Below are positions 34,972-43,617 of a stretch of 64,000 nt of DNA, piece by piece. Source of the DNA: Candidatus Woesearchaeota archaeon (lineage in GTDB: Archaea > Nanobdellota > Nanobdellia > Pacearchaeales > GW2011-AR1); contig CAZYZS010000006.1 in the NCBI GenBank assembly GCA_964651965.1, positions 42 through 64,041 of the forward strand. Reading direction: 5' to 3'. Each line of letters starts with the position of its first letter. The stretch's first letter is position 1. Position numbers and translations under genes: made by a program. The notes beneath the pieces are model-generated. The model was given only the letters and a program-made list of their open reading frames with translations. It was not told where the DNA came from and made no database searches.

Positions 34972-36264
34972 TTACATCCAATTAATTTTTAAGAAATGCG
35001 TGGCGCAGGACATACATGGGTCATAGGCTCTTATCATTTTTTCTGCTTCGAATGCAATTTCATCTTTGCTTTTCCCTTCTCCTAATAGGAAAGTTACATA
35101 TTTTGCAAGGTCTTTTTGTAGGTGCATTATATTTTGTTGCGTTGGGATGCATAAATCAGCAAAATTAACAATACCTTGGTTGTCAAAAGCGAGATGATAA
35201 TATAAAGTGCCTCTTGGAGCTTCAACAACTCCGATTCCTACCGATTCTCTTGGCTTGACTTTTATGATTTTTTCTGGTTTTATTGTATCTTTAAGCTCAT
35301 TTAGAATAGAAAGAGAGTTGTCTACTTCATGAAGCATCTCAATTGCCTGTGCTGTATTATTGTTGAAAACACAGCTATTTGGAAAAATATCTAAGAACTT
35401 TCCCGCATCCTTCCTCGTTCTTTTGTTTAAATGATGGTGATTCAAGTTCATTCTTGCCAAAGCTCCTACCATGAAGTCCTCTGATTCCCAGGTGAAAGAG
35501 GCGGCAGTTGAGTATGGGAGAACAACTCTTTCTAAATGCAGCCCGTATTTTTCTTCGGGGATATTGGAGCCATAAGCGGTTCTTATAATCCCCTTAAGAT
35601 AGTTATAATCGTCGTTGCATAAGGCAACATAATTAGTTTTTCTTTTGAAAGTTGTCTTATCATCATAAAATACCTTTATTATTTTTAAGATTCTTTCTCT
35701 TGTATCTTCTAGCTTTTTTATTGCCTCTTCCAGTTCTTGCTTTTTTGGGAACTTTGTAAATCCGCCTATAGCCGCATTTGGGGGATGAATTGCCCTGCCT
35801 CCAATTATTGTTGATAAGAAATTGCCAGCATCTTTAATATGGAGAGCATCGTGAATCCACTCTTTTTCCTCTCCTGTAAAGTCAAGAGCAGAATCTTTTC
35901 CTAAAATATCTGGAAGACAGAAAAAATAGAGATGCATTGCATGGTCTCTTAAATGAGAGCTATAAGAGAGAAGATTTCTCAGCTTAAATGTTTGTTCAGT
36001 TACATTTAATCCAAAGGCTTTTTCTATTGCTTCTATTGAACATAAAACATGGGAAGAAGAGCAAGTTCCACAAATTCTCGACATTGTTGTAGGGACAGCC
36101 AGATAATTTTGCCCAAGGGCAGCTGTCCTAAAAAAACGTTTGTTTTCGCTTACTTTTAATTTGCATTTCTCGGCCTTATTGTTCCTTACAATAATATCCA
36201 AGTGAGTATGCCCTTCTATCTTGGAGATGTTTCTTATTGTTAGATCGAAGTCTTGTGAATGCAT
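34972..36264 (-). CDS. [NiFe]-hydrogenase large subunit (small cytoplasmic, group-3-like)
   Basis: 430 aa. N-terminal RICGTCSSSH (RxCGxCxxxH) and C-terminal DPCMSCATH (DPCxxCxxH) followed by the 7-aa tail FLKINWM. Confidence 0.9.
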   Translation of the reverse strand: MHSQDFDLTIRNISKIEGHTHLDIIVRNNKAEKCKLKVSENKRFFRTAALGQNYLAVPTTMSRICGTCSSSHVLCSIEAIEKAFGLNVTEQTFKLRNLLSYSSHLRDHAMHLYFFCLPDILGKDSALDFTGEEKEWIHDALHIKDAGNFLSTIIGGRAIHPPNAAIGGFTKFPKKQELEEAIKKLEDTRERILKIIKVFYDDKTTFKRKTNYVALCNDDYNYLKGIIRTAYGSNIPEEKYGLHLERVVLPYSTAASFTWESEDFMVGALARMNLNHHHLNKRTRKDAGKFLDIFPNSCVFNNNTAQAIEMLHEVDNSLSILNELKDTIKPEKIIKVKPRESVGIGVVEAPRGTLYYHLAFDNQGIVNFADLCIPTQQNIMHLQKDLAKYVTFLLGEGKSKDEIAFEAEKMIRAYDPCMSCATHFLKINWM

Positions 36265-36277
36265 GTTATTTTTTATT

Positions 36278-36541
36278 TCAAATATTCCTCCCGTATATAA
36301 ACCATCCTATGTCTACTAATAAAACGCCAATAACTCCAATAGTATTAGAGAGGATTAATGGAAAACTTTTTATTTCTATTCCATAAAGTACCCACATTAT
36401 TGCCCCAATTGTGAGGATAGAGCAAGTTATTATCGATATATCTTTGGCGGATTTCTTCTTGAAAATCTTATAGGCTTGCGGTAAATTAGCCAAGGCCATT
36501 AAAGTTCCGAATATTGTTGCTAGAGATGAGATAATTGTCAT
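36278..36541 (-). CDS. SemiSWEET / PQ-loop (MtN3) 3-TM transporter
   Basis: 87 aa, three TM, LANLPQAYKIFKKKSAKDISIITCSILTIGAIMWVLYGI matches the bacterial SemiSWEET pattern (PQ motif, basic loop, WxxYG). The start overlaps the small-subunit stop as ATGA. Confidence 0.8.
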   Translation of the reverse strand: MTIISSLATIFGTLMALANLPQAYKIFKKKSAKDISIITCSILTIGAIMWVLYGIEIKSFPLILSNTIGVIGVLLVDIGWFIYGRNI

Positions 36542-37029
36542 TTTAGATATTCCTCCATTTTTTTCATCATATCTTTTTCTTCTACAGGGCAGCCGTTTAT
36601 TTCGTCATCTACCTTTACATAAGTTTTTAATGGTTCTATTGTTGGCTTTTGCCTAAATCTAACTAGCAAGGGCTGGATGCTCCTCTTTTTTGCATCATCA
36701 AATTTATTTCTTTGATTGGATGGATAGCCATTTGCAGCTCCGCTGCCCAATGCCACAAGGAATTTTGCTTTTTGTCTTATTTCCTTTAATTTTTTTATCT
36801 CACTGTCTATCGAGATTGCGCCTTCTACAAATGCAATATCCATTCTGTGAATTTTATCCTCTTTTTTTAATGCCCTGAAATTAACTATTTTTATTTTGCT
36901 CATGTAATCTTCGAACTTAGTGTTTAATGTTTCAATGAAACTTATAGAACAGCCTTCACAGCAAGTAAATGAGAAAAATCCCACCCTTTTCTTCATCCCA
37001 AATAAATCTCTGAAAAAGCTCATTTTCAC
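36538..37029 (-). CDS. [NiFe]-hydrogenase small subunit (proximal-cluster-only, group-3-like)
   Basis: 163 aa: FTCCEGCSISF, VEGAIS, LVALGSGAANG, INGCPV. No Tat signal and no medial/distal cluster domain. Confidence 0.8.
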   Translation of the reverse strand: MKMSFFRDLFGMKKRVGFFSFTCCEGCSISFIETLNTKFEDYMSKIKIVNFRALKKEDKIHRMDIAFVEGAISIDSEIKKLKEIRQKAKFLVALGSGAANGYPSNQRNKFDDAKKRSIQPLLVRFRQKPTIEPLKTYVKVDDEINGCPVEEKDMMKKMEEYLK

Positions 37030-37035
37030 CTATTT

Positions 37036-38235
37036 TTATTTGATTCTCTTTAATTTAATATCTTGTTCTTTGAGTTTAAATATTATTGGGTTTATTATAA
37101 GAATTATTCCTAATACAATAAAAGCATAGCTCAAATTTTTATCTGCTAAAACTCCTATGATTGGCTGGATTATGATTACAATTAAGCTATAGAACATGGA
37201 AATGATTGAAAATACTGTTGCTCTACTGTAAGATTTAATATGCTGATTTTTATAATCTGTAAATAATGGATCTCTTACTTGAAGTAGAATGTTTGAAATA
37301 AACAAGCCAAGAATTGCTAAGTATAAATTAGTAAATAAGGCCATTAAAATAAAAAATATTCCGGGAAAGAAAGATGTAAAGAATGCTGTATTCTTGAATC
37401 CCAAATATTTTTCTATATGTGCTACATTTCTATACAAAAAGAAAAGAAGGATATTTGAGACGGCAAAAATCCATCCAAAAAATTCAATTGGAATACCTGA
37501 TTTCTGGAAATAAGGCTGCCATAGTAAAGAAAGAAAGATAAGAATGCCTGCAAAACTTAACCCCTGATTAAAAGATAATTTTAATAAAGATTTATTAAAC
37601 ATTAACTGATGAAAACTTTCTTTCAATAGACTAAATTTCTTGCCTTCTTTTTTTGATATGCCTGGCTCTTGAAGTGTAAATGCGATAATTAATGCAAGTA
37701 TGTACCCAATCAGATTAATTCCCAGTAAAATCATAAACTGATAATTTAACAGGTCTTTAGCAATGTAACTTGCTAAAGGGGGGATAAAAACAGCCCCGAT
37801 AACCCATGCAGATCTCAAATTTCCTAAATGTTTTTTTGCGGTCTCTTCTTTTTTAATAATTTTTAATGAGTCATAAACCATCGCAGTAATGCAACCTGAA
37901 AATAAAGCCATAGCTATCGCAAAAAACATTATTCCTACAACAAAAGTAAAAAAGTTATGTGCAAACAAATAAATCAGCCCATAAAGGATTAAAGAAAATA
38001 GGCCAAGAATAATTGTTTTTTTCCTTCCGATTATGTCAGAGAGCATTCCTGTTGGTATTTCAAGAAGGATAATCAACAGGGATACTATCGCCCCAAGAAA
38101 AGATATCTGAGCCAGATTCAATCCGCGATAGAAATAAAAGAGGGTTATTACAGCAGTTAAAGCAGATAGATTATATAGAACACTCATCCAAAAAAGTTTT
38201 TTAGGATTTTCCTCAAACTTCCTTAAATCTTTCAT
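37036..38235 (-). CDS. MFS transporter
   Basis: 399 aa, ~12 TM, GMLSDIIGRKKTI motif A. Ends 6 nt upstream of the hydrogenase small-subunit ATG. Confidence 0.7.
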   Translation of the reverse strand: MKDLRKFEENPKKLFWMSVLYNLSALTAVITLFYFYRGLNLAQISFLGAIVSLLIILLEIPTGMLSDIIGRKKTIILGLFSLILYGLIYLFAHNFFTFVVGIMFFAIAMALFSGCITAMVYDSLKIIKKEETAKKHLGNLRSAWVIGAVFIPPLASYIAKDLLNYQFMILLGINLIGYILALIIAFTLQEPGISKKEGKKFSLLKESFHQLMFNKSLLKLSFNQGLSFAGILIFLSLLWQPYFQKSGIPIEFFGWIFAVSNILLFFLYRNVAHIEKYLGFKNTAFFTSFFPGIFFILMALFTNLYLAILGLFISNILLQVRDPLFTDYKNQHIKSYSRATVFSIISMFYSLIVIIIQPIIGVLADKNLSYAFIVLGIILIINPIIFKLKEQDIKLKRIK

Positions 38236-38291
38236 CTTCCTCTTTTTTTATGAACTATTGTACAATTGTTAATTTAAATACCTTTTCAATC

Positions 38292-39149
38292 CTATTCAAT
38301 CTCAGAAATTATTGACTTATTTATCTGCTTTGCCATTAATATGTCTTTTATAACTGTTAGTTGAATATTTACTTTTTTATTGACAATATCAGAAAGCTCT
38401 GATAAATCTAATTCATCGATGCTTTTGTTCTTTTTGAAAAATTCATCAAGTTCCTTAACAAGCTCTTCTGGATATCTTGCCTGGATTACTATTTCTCCCA
38501 ATGTTGCTACATAGTAGCTTTTATCGAATGAAGAAGTAGATGGGCTAAAACCAACCTTTATGCCTGTTTTTGCATAGAATCTCCAGATATATTTGTCTAA
38601 AGGAGTTTTTCCTATACTTAAAGCGTATGATTTGATACCTTTATTTTTTAATCTTGTCATCATTATTCTTTCTTTATCTGCATACATCAATCCTTCCCAG
38701 CAGTGAGCTCCCTGAAAAGCGTTTATGTTTGGATCGCCTTTTTTGAGATTATCAAACCAATCATCGATTATGCTTTGCCAGAATTTCATCATCTCGCTTA
38801 AAGAATTAAATGTAAAAACAGAAATTTGCCCTTTTATCGAATCAAGATTCCTTGGCTTTGAAATTGGCTGTGTCAGGCTTAAATAGAGATTATCTAATTC
38901 TTTTTTTGATTCTATCACCCAATCTTTATTTATTAGGAATCTTTTATTTTCCTGCAGCAATACATTTTCTTTCTTAAGTTCAAGCACTGCTTTTCTTACA
39001 GCCTGAAATGTAACTGATTTTCCATATCGCTTCTTTATAAGGCTCATTAAATCGATTATCCTTAAGGGATATTCTGCCGAAAGTATTGTAAAAACTAAAT
39101 CTTTTACATTATCTTTATTTCCAAATGGAAGCGATATTCTAAGCGCCAT
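38292..39149 (-). CDS. putative winged-helix transcriptional regulator with C-terminal sensor-like domain
   Basis: N-terminal LVFTILSAEYPLRIIDLMSLIKKRYGKSVTFQAVRKAVLELKKENVLLQ resembles a wHTH. The remainder is unknown. Confidence 0.5.
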   Translation of the reverse strand: MALRISLPFGNKDNVKDLVFTILSAEYPLRIIDLMSLIKKRYGKSVTFQAVRKAVLELKKENVLLQENKRFLINKDWVIESKKELDNLYLSLTQPISKPRNLDSIKGQISVFTFNSLSEMMKFWQSIIDDWFDNLKKGDPNINAFQGAHCWEGLMYADKERIMMTRLKNKGIKSYALSIGKTPLDKYIWRFYAKTGIKVGFSPSTSSFDKSYYVATLGEIVIQARYPEELVKELDEFFKKNKSIDELDLSELSDIVNKKVNIQLTVIKDILMAKQINKSIISEIE

Positions 39150-39196
39150 TGTATATTGATTATACCCTTTAGTTTAACTATATTTTTAAACTTTTT

Positions 39197-39216
39197 GGTT
39201 CAATTTTTATTGAACC
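39197..39216. promoter_or_regulatory. 8-bp perfect inverted repeat GGTTCAAT-TTTT-ATTGAACC; candidate operator
   Basis: Read directly. It lies in the divergent intergenic region between the wHTH gene and the SDR-like gene, 4 nt upstream of the TATA at 39221. Confidence 0.4.
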
Positions 39217-39220
39217 TAAT

Positions 39221-39228
39221 AAATATAA
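39221..39228 (+). promoter_or_regulatory. TATA box AAATATAA, 22 nt upstream of ATG 39251
   Basis: Read directly. Confidence 0.35.
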
Positions 39229-39250
39229 GATAATATGTTGTTACTTAATC

Positions 39251-40066
39251 ATGACAAATAATATAACTAATGTGGCAAATAGAAAGGCGATTGTTATTGC
39301 CGGGATAACTGGAGATATAGGAAGTGAGTTCGCGAAAGTTTTGACAAGTCATGGAGAAGTGTATGGTCTATCAAGGCATCTTAATACTTCGGGTTTAGAA
39401 CACAAGCATATATCTGCAGATTTGCTTAAGAGAGAAGAAGTTGACTCTGCTTTTCAAAATGTCGGTCCTGCAGACGAATTAATTTATCTGCACCTAGTAG
39501 GAAAATTTAGGTTCGAAGATGCAAATCATCCAATTAGAGATGAGAACGAAGATGGAATTGATGACCTTATTTATGAGTCCAATGTTACCACCTTTAGGAA
39601 TGTTAAACCCTGCCTAGTAGACTATTTAAGAAGAAACCCCTCTGCAAGATTAAAAATTGTTGCTATAGGCTCAGCCAGTGATTTATATAATATCCCATAT
39701 TGGCAATCTTTTACACGTGCAAAATATGAACTAAGGGAAGAGTTTAGGGAGATGTATGGTGACTCAGAAACTTTCGGGAGAGTAAGTGCTTTATTCATCA
39801 ATGTAAGCACTGTAGCGGGTAAACAGCTCTCAGCTGAAAGGCCTTTTATCTCTAAAGAGTTTTGCTTATCTCCAAAAGAGGTTGTGGAACAGTCCCTTCC
39901 TTATGTTTTGGATGAAAAGCCCGGGTGCTTGGAAATTACTGTTATTAAGCCGAATCCCAATTTCTCAACAGACTGGAGAGTTTCTAATGAAAATATTCGT
40001 AGAAGATGGTATCAGGATATGTATGGACGTTCAGCAGAAGAAAAACTGAAAGGAGGTTTAGAATAA
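39251..40066 (+). CDS. NAD(P)-binding Rossmann (atypical SDR-like) protein
   Basis: KAIVIAGITGDIGSEFAKVL (TGxxxGxG). The expected YxxxK reads FTRAK, so it is atypical. Confidence 0.55.
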   Translation: MTNNITNVANRKAIVIAGITGDIGSEFAKVLTSHGEVYGLSRHLNTSGLEHKHISADLLKREEVDSAFQNVGPADELIYLHLVGKFRFEDANHPIRDENEDGIDDLIYESNVTTFRNVKPCLVDYLRRNPSARLKIVAIGSASDLYNIPYWQSFTRAKYELREEFREMYGDSETFGRVSALFINVSTVAGKQLSAERPFISKEFCLSPKEVVEQSLPYVLDEKPGCLEITVIKPNPNFSTDWRVSNENIRRRWYQDMYGRSAEEKLKGGLE

Positions 40067-40067
40067 A

Positions 40068-40361
40068 ATGAAAAGATCAAGATTAAGCAAAGAAGCAATA
40101 GTTTTTGGAGCTTCTGCTATAGCTTTTCAATTGGGATTGATAGGATATGCAGTAAATGATACTATTCAATTCGAAAGAGCAGATAGAACTGCAAGAGCCG
40201 CTGCAATGAGATTTTATGAGCCTGTTGAACATGGCGGAGTGCCAATGACTCCTCAAAGAGCAGAGATGTATAAGAAAATGCAAAAAGCATACGAAGGGGC
40301 AATGGGCAAAAACTATGATCTAGACAGAGATCCGTATATGCATCTTACAAGATACAGATAA
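40068..40361 (+). CDS. hypothetical small protein with one N-terminal hydrophobic helix (97 aa)
   Basis: Starts 1 nt after the previous stop. AIVFGASAIAFQLGLIGYAV helix; Ala/Arg-rich composition unlike neighbouring genes. Confidence 0.45.
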   Translation: MKRSRLSKEAIVFGASAIAFQLGLIGYAVNDTIQFERADRTARAAAMRFYEPVEHGGVPMTPQRAEMYKKMQKAYEGAMGKNYDLDRDPYMHLTRYR

Positions 40362-40395
40362 ATTCATTTAGTGTTTTCATTATAACAATGCTTTT

Positions 40396-40417
40396 ATAAC
40401 CTCCTTTCAGAGGTTAT
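40396..40417 (+). promoter_or_regulatory. hairpin ATAACCTC-CTTTCA-GAGGTTAT that sequesters the GAGGT Shine-Dalgarno of the next gene
   Basis: Perfect 8-bp stem read directly. The right arm contains GAGGT 6 nt upstream of ATG 40421 and is followed by TTT. Confidence 0.5.
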
Positions 40418-40420
40418 TTT

Positions 40421-42376
40421 ATGCTAGAGACCCTCGTTAACTTATTTGATGAGGCCGTGGCAAAGTACAGCAAAAGAGTCGCCGTTAAAAGTGAAATTAC
40501 TGGTGAAAGCTGGACATACGAACAAACAAGGGTAAATGCCTACAGAGTAAGCGGAAGCCTTCTTGAACACAAGATAGGAAAAGGGGATTATGTTTTTTTA
40601 ATTTCTGATAATACTCCTGATTTCGTATTTGCTAATTATGGAATATTATATACTGGCGCTACTGCTGTTCCTGTTGACGAGAAATTAAATCCAGAAGACC
40701 TTTACGGAAAATATTTTGAACATGTAAAACCAGCTGAAGGAAGAAAAAAGGTAATACTTGTAGATGAGAAGCATGCGGATAAAATAAGGCAATATGCAAA
40801 AGATGTGGGAATCATGGATGCTGAAATAATAATTTTAGAAGATGCTTTAGAAGGCACGCCAAATCGGCCGAAAGTGAAAATAAATGAAGATGATACTGCT
40901 GTTATGATGTATTCTTCAGGTACCACTTCTGATTCAGAAAGGTCATTTAAGTTACCTGAACTAACACAAAAGAATGTAGCATCAAATATTGTAGACACAA
41001 AAAGGCTTCCAAGATTGACTGAGGATGAGGATAAACAAGGACAGGGAGTTTATTTAGCAGGAATAGGAAAACAATGGCATTCTTTTGAATATATGATGTT
41101 ACAGGCACTTTTATATGGTGGTTGTATGTTACACTATACTAATCGAGCAACTTTTGAGAGAGTAATGAAGCCAAGGATGAAAGAAGTTGCAGCGAGGACA
41201 GCAAGAGAAAAAAGAACTGTATTAAAAATGGGTACAAGGAAAGAGGAAGAACCTAAGTTAGGCATAGAGCCGGATTATATGTTAATGATTCCATTAGTAG
41301 CAGATGGTTTAATGAATCAAATAAAAAGCAATGTAGCAAAACAGGCGCCAATAACCAGAAAAGATATGGAAAGAAAATATGCAAAATTGCCGTTTGTAAA
41401 ATGGGCAATGAATAAGTTTACTTTTGATTATTGTCTTAATAATTCAATGGAATACCATTATCAATGGACAAATAATGGAAGATTTGGCTTGAAAAGATTT
41501 TTAATCGATCAGATAGGAGAACGTTTGTATTATCAAAAAATAAGGGCAGGATTAAAAGCAAAACTTGGGAATGATAAACCTTATTTTATTGGAGGATCTG
41601 CTCCATTAGCTGTAGAAACAGGAAAATTCTTTGGGGCAATAAGGATGTTAATATACCAGGGATACGGGCAGACTGAAACAAGCCCGGTTATATGTGTTAA
41701 TCTCCCCGATGCTTATTGTTATGGCTCTTCTGGACCAGTTATAAAAAGAGATAAAGTACTAATTGTAGATGCAGAAGAACTAGAAAATGGGAGAATAAAA
41801 GAGGTTGAAAAAGGAAAAGAGGGGGTTATTTTAGTTAATGGCCCTAATGTTTTTAAGGGATATCATAATGATGAAAGAAAAACACAAGAAGTATTCATAA
41901 ATTATATGGGTGCTAGATGGCTTAATACAGGAGATATTGGATCAATTACTTCTCATAGATGGGCGAGACATTTATTTAAAAGAAGAGAGTACTTGAATGT
42001 TTTAGGAAGAATTGGAGACTTAATATGTTTAAAAACTGGCGAAAAAAAACTAGCTACCCCTATTGAAGCATATTATAAGGCAAAGAAGACGGATTGCATT
42101 ATGGTAGGCAATAATCAAGAAGAATTTGGTTTGCTTGTTATAGCTGAAGATAGTGTTATAGATGAAGTGCAGGAGGCCGATCTTATAAGGCAATATTGTG
42201 AAAGATTTGCAGATTCGTCAAAAAGATTTGGAGTCAAGTTTTCCAGCCGCAATGTTCGCTTTATTAGAAAAAGCGAATTTGATTCTCATCCAGAATTTGT
42301 GACTAATACAATGAAAAGGAGAAGAAGGATAATTGAAAAACACTACGATGCATTAATAAGAGAAGCCTGCAATTAA
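40421..42376 (+). CDS. AMP-forming acyl-CoA synthetase / acyl-AMP ligase (long-chain type, divergent P-loop)
   Basis: 651 aa: MMYSSGTTSDSERSFK (variant of SSGTTGxPKG), QGYGQTETS, NTGDIG, long insertion typical of long-chain ligases. Confidence 0.8.
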   Translation: MLETLVNLFDEAVAKYSKRVAVKSEITGESWTYEQTRVNAYRVSGSLLEHKIGKGDYVFLISDNTPDFVFANYGILYTGATAVPVDEKLNPEDLYGKYFEHVKPAEGRKKVILVDEKHADKIRQYAKDVGIMDAEIIILEDALEGTPNRPKVKINEDDTAVMMYSSGTTSDSERSFKLPELTQKNVASNIVDTKRLPRLTEDEDKQGQGVYLAGIGKQWHSFEYMMLQALLYGGCMLHYTNRATFERVMKPRMKEVAARTAREKRTVLKMGTRKEEEPKLGIEPDYMLMIPLVADGLMNQIKSNVAKQAPITRKDMERKYAKLPFVKWAMNKFTFDYCLNNSMEYHYQWTNNGRFGLKRFLIDQIGERLYYQKIRAGLKAKLGNDKPYFIGGSAPLAVETGKFFGAIRMLIYQGYGQTETSPVICVNLPDAYCYGSSGPVIKRDKVLIVDAEELENGRIKEVEKGKEGVILVNGPNVFKGYHNDERKTQEVFINYMGARWLNTGDIGSITSHRWARHLFKRREYLNVLGRIGDLICLKTGEKKLATPIEAYYKAKKTDCIMVGNNQEEFGLLVIAEDSVIDEVQEADLIRQYCERFADSSKRFGVKFSSRNVRFIRKSEFDSHPEFVTNTMKRRRRIIEKHYDALIREACN

Positions 42377-42453
42377 AAAATATTATAGTAAGATATTTAA
42401 ATGCTTGCTCATTTTTTATTTAAATTAAGTAATAAAAAGAGGTAAATAAAGAG

Positions 42454-42789
42454 ATGAAAATAGTTAAGAGGCCTTGGGGGCATTTTAATCAGTTTGTCAA
42501 GAATAAAAAATGCACTGTTAAGATACTTGAAATCCGGCCAAAACAAGAGTTGAGTCTGCAGTATCATCGAAAACGCAAAGAAATGTGGTATTTCTTGACA
42601 GATGGATATGTCCAAATAGGCTTGGAAAAAAAGAAAGTTAAAAAAGGAGAGCTAGTTGTTATTAAAAAAAGAAGGGCTCACAGAGTATTTTCTAAAGACA
42701 AGAAAATTGTTTGGCTGGAGATATCTGTTGGGAAGTTTAAAGAAGGAGATGAGGTAAGAATAGAGGATAAATACGGGAGGGCTGCATGA
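42454..42789 (+). CDS. cupin-type mannose-6-phosphate isomerase-like protein
   Basis: KRPWGHFNQF...VKILEIRPKQELSLQYHRKRKEMWYFL matches the type-II PMI cupin core. Confidence 0.7.
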   Translation: MKIVKRPWGHFNQFVKNKKCTVKILEIRPKQELSLQYHRKRKEMWYFLTDGYVQIGLEKKKVKKGELVVIKKRRAHRVFSKDKKIVWLEISVGKFKEGDEVRIEDKYGRAA

Positions 42790-43598
42790 AAGGAGACAAA
42801 ATAGCAATTGATTTAGGGGGAACTCATCTAAGAACAGCTTTAGTAAGAAATAATAAAGTTATAAAATACCTTAGGAAAGACACTCCCAAGGAAAAAAATT
42901 CCCTTGTACGAGAGATAGCTGAGTCTATATCCAAGTTAATGAACGAAGATATTATTGGGATAGGTGTCGCGAGCCCAGGCCCATTAAAAAATGGAGTTAT
43001 CTTAAATCCGCCTAATCTTCCTTTAAAATATTTTAATTTGAAAAGATTCTTGATAAAGAAGTTCAGCGTTCCTGTAGAAATAGAGAATGATGCTAAATGT
43101 GTGGCAATCGCAGAAGCTAAATTAGGATGCAGGAAAAAGCATTTTTTTATTTTAACTTTGGGAACAGGTATTGGAGGGGGGGTAATAATAAACAATGATT
43201 TATATCTTGGATCTGATTATGGGGCCGAGTTAGGAGGGATTGTTGTTGATAAAGGTAGAAGTCTAGAGGATTTGTGGAAAGACCATAGAAGACTGTCTGA
43301 AAAATATTTTGGAAAAGTCATACTAATGACTGACTTATTAAAAATGAAAGATCCAAGAGCTAAACAAATTGTGGCAGACACAACAATGTATCTTGGGCAA
43401 GGGATCGCAAGTTTAATTAATGTTTTTGACCCTGAAATTGTTATTTTATCTGGAGGCGTAAAGGAAAGTGGAAGGAGATTTCTTAAGATGGTTAAGAAGA
43501 ACGTATATCCTTATGTAATGTTGCCAAAAAAGACAAAGATAAAATGGACAAGACTCGACCACCCAGGAGTTTTAGGAGCGAGTTTGTTGATACAATAA
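42786..43598 (+). CDS. ROK-family sugar kinase (glucokinase-like)
   Basis: IAIDLGGTHLRTAL, ENDAKCVAIAE, LTLGTGIGGG. ATGA overlap with the cupin gene. Confidence 0.85.
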   Translation: MKGDKIAIDLGGTHLRTALVRNNKVIKYLRKDTPKEKNSLVREIAESISKLMNEDIIGIGVASPGPLKNGVILNPPNLPLKYFNLKRFLIKKFSVPVEIENDAKCVAIAEAKLGCRKKHFFILTLGTGIGGGVIINNDLYLGSDYGAELGGIVVDKGRSLEDLWKDHRRLSEKYFGKVILMTDLLKMKDPRAKQIVADTTMYLGQGIASLINVFDPEIVILSGGVKESGRRFLKMVKKNVYPYVMLPKKTKIKWTRLDHPGVLGASLLIQ

Positions 43599-43617
43599 AA
43601 AGAGGAAAAAATAGAAG

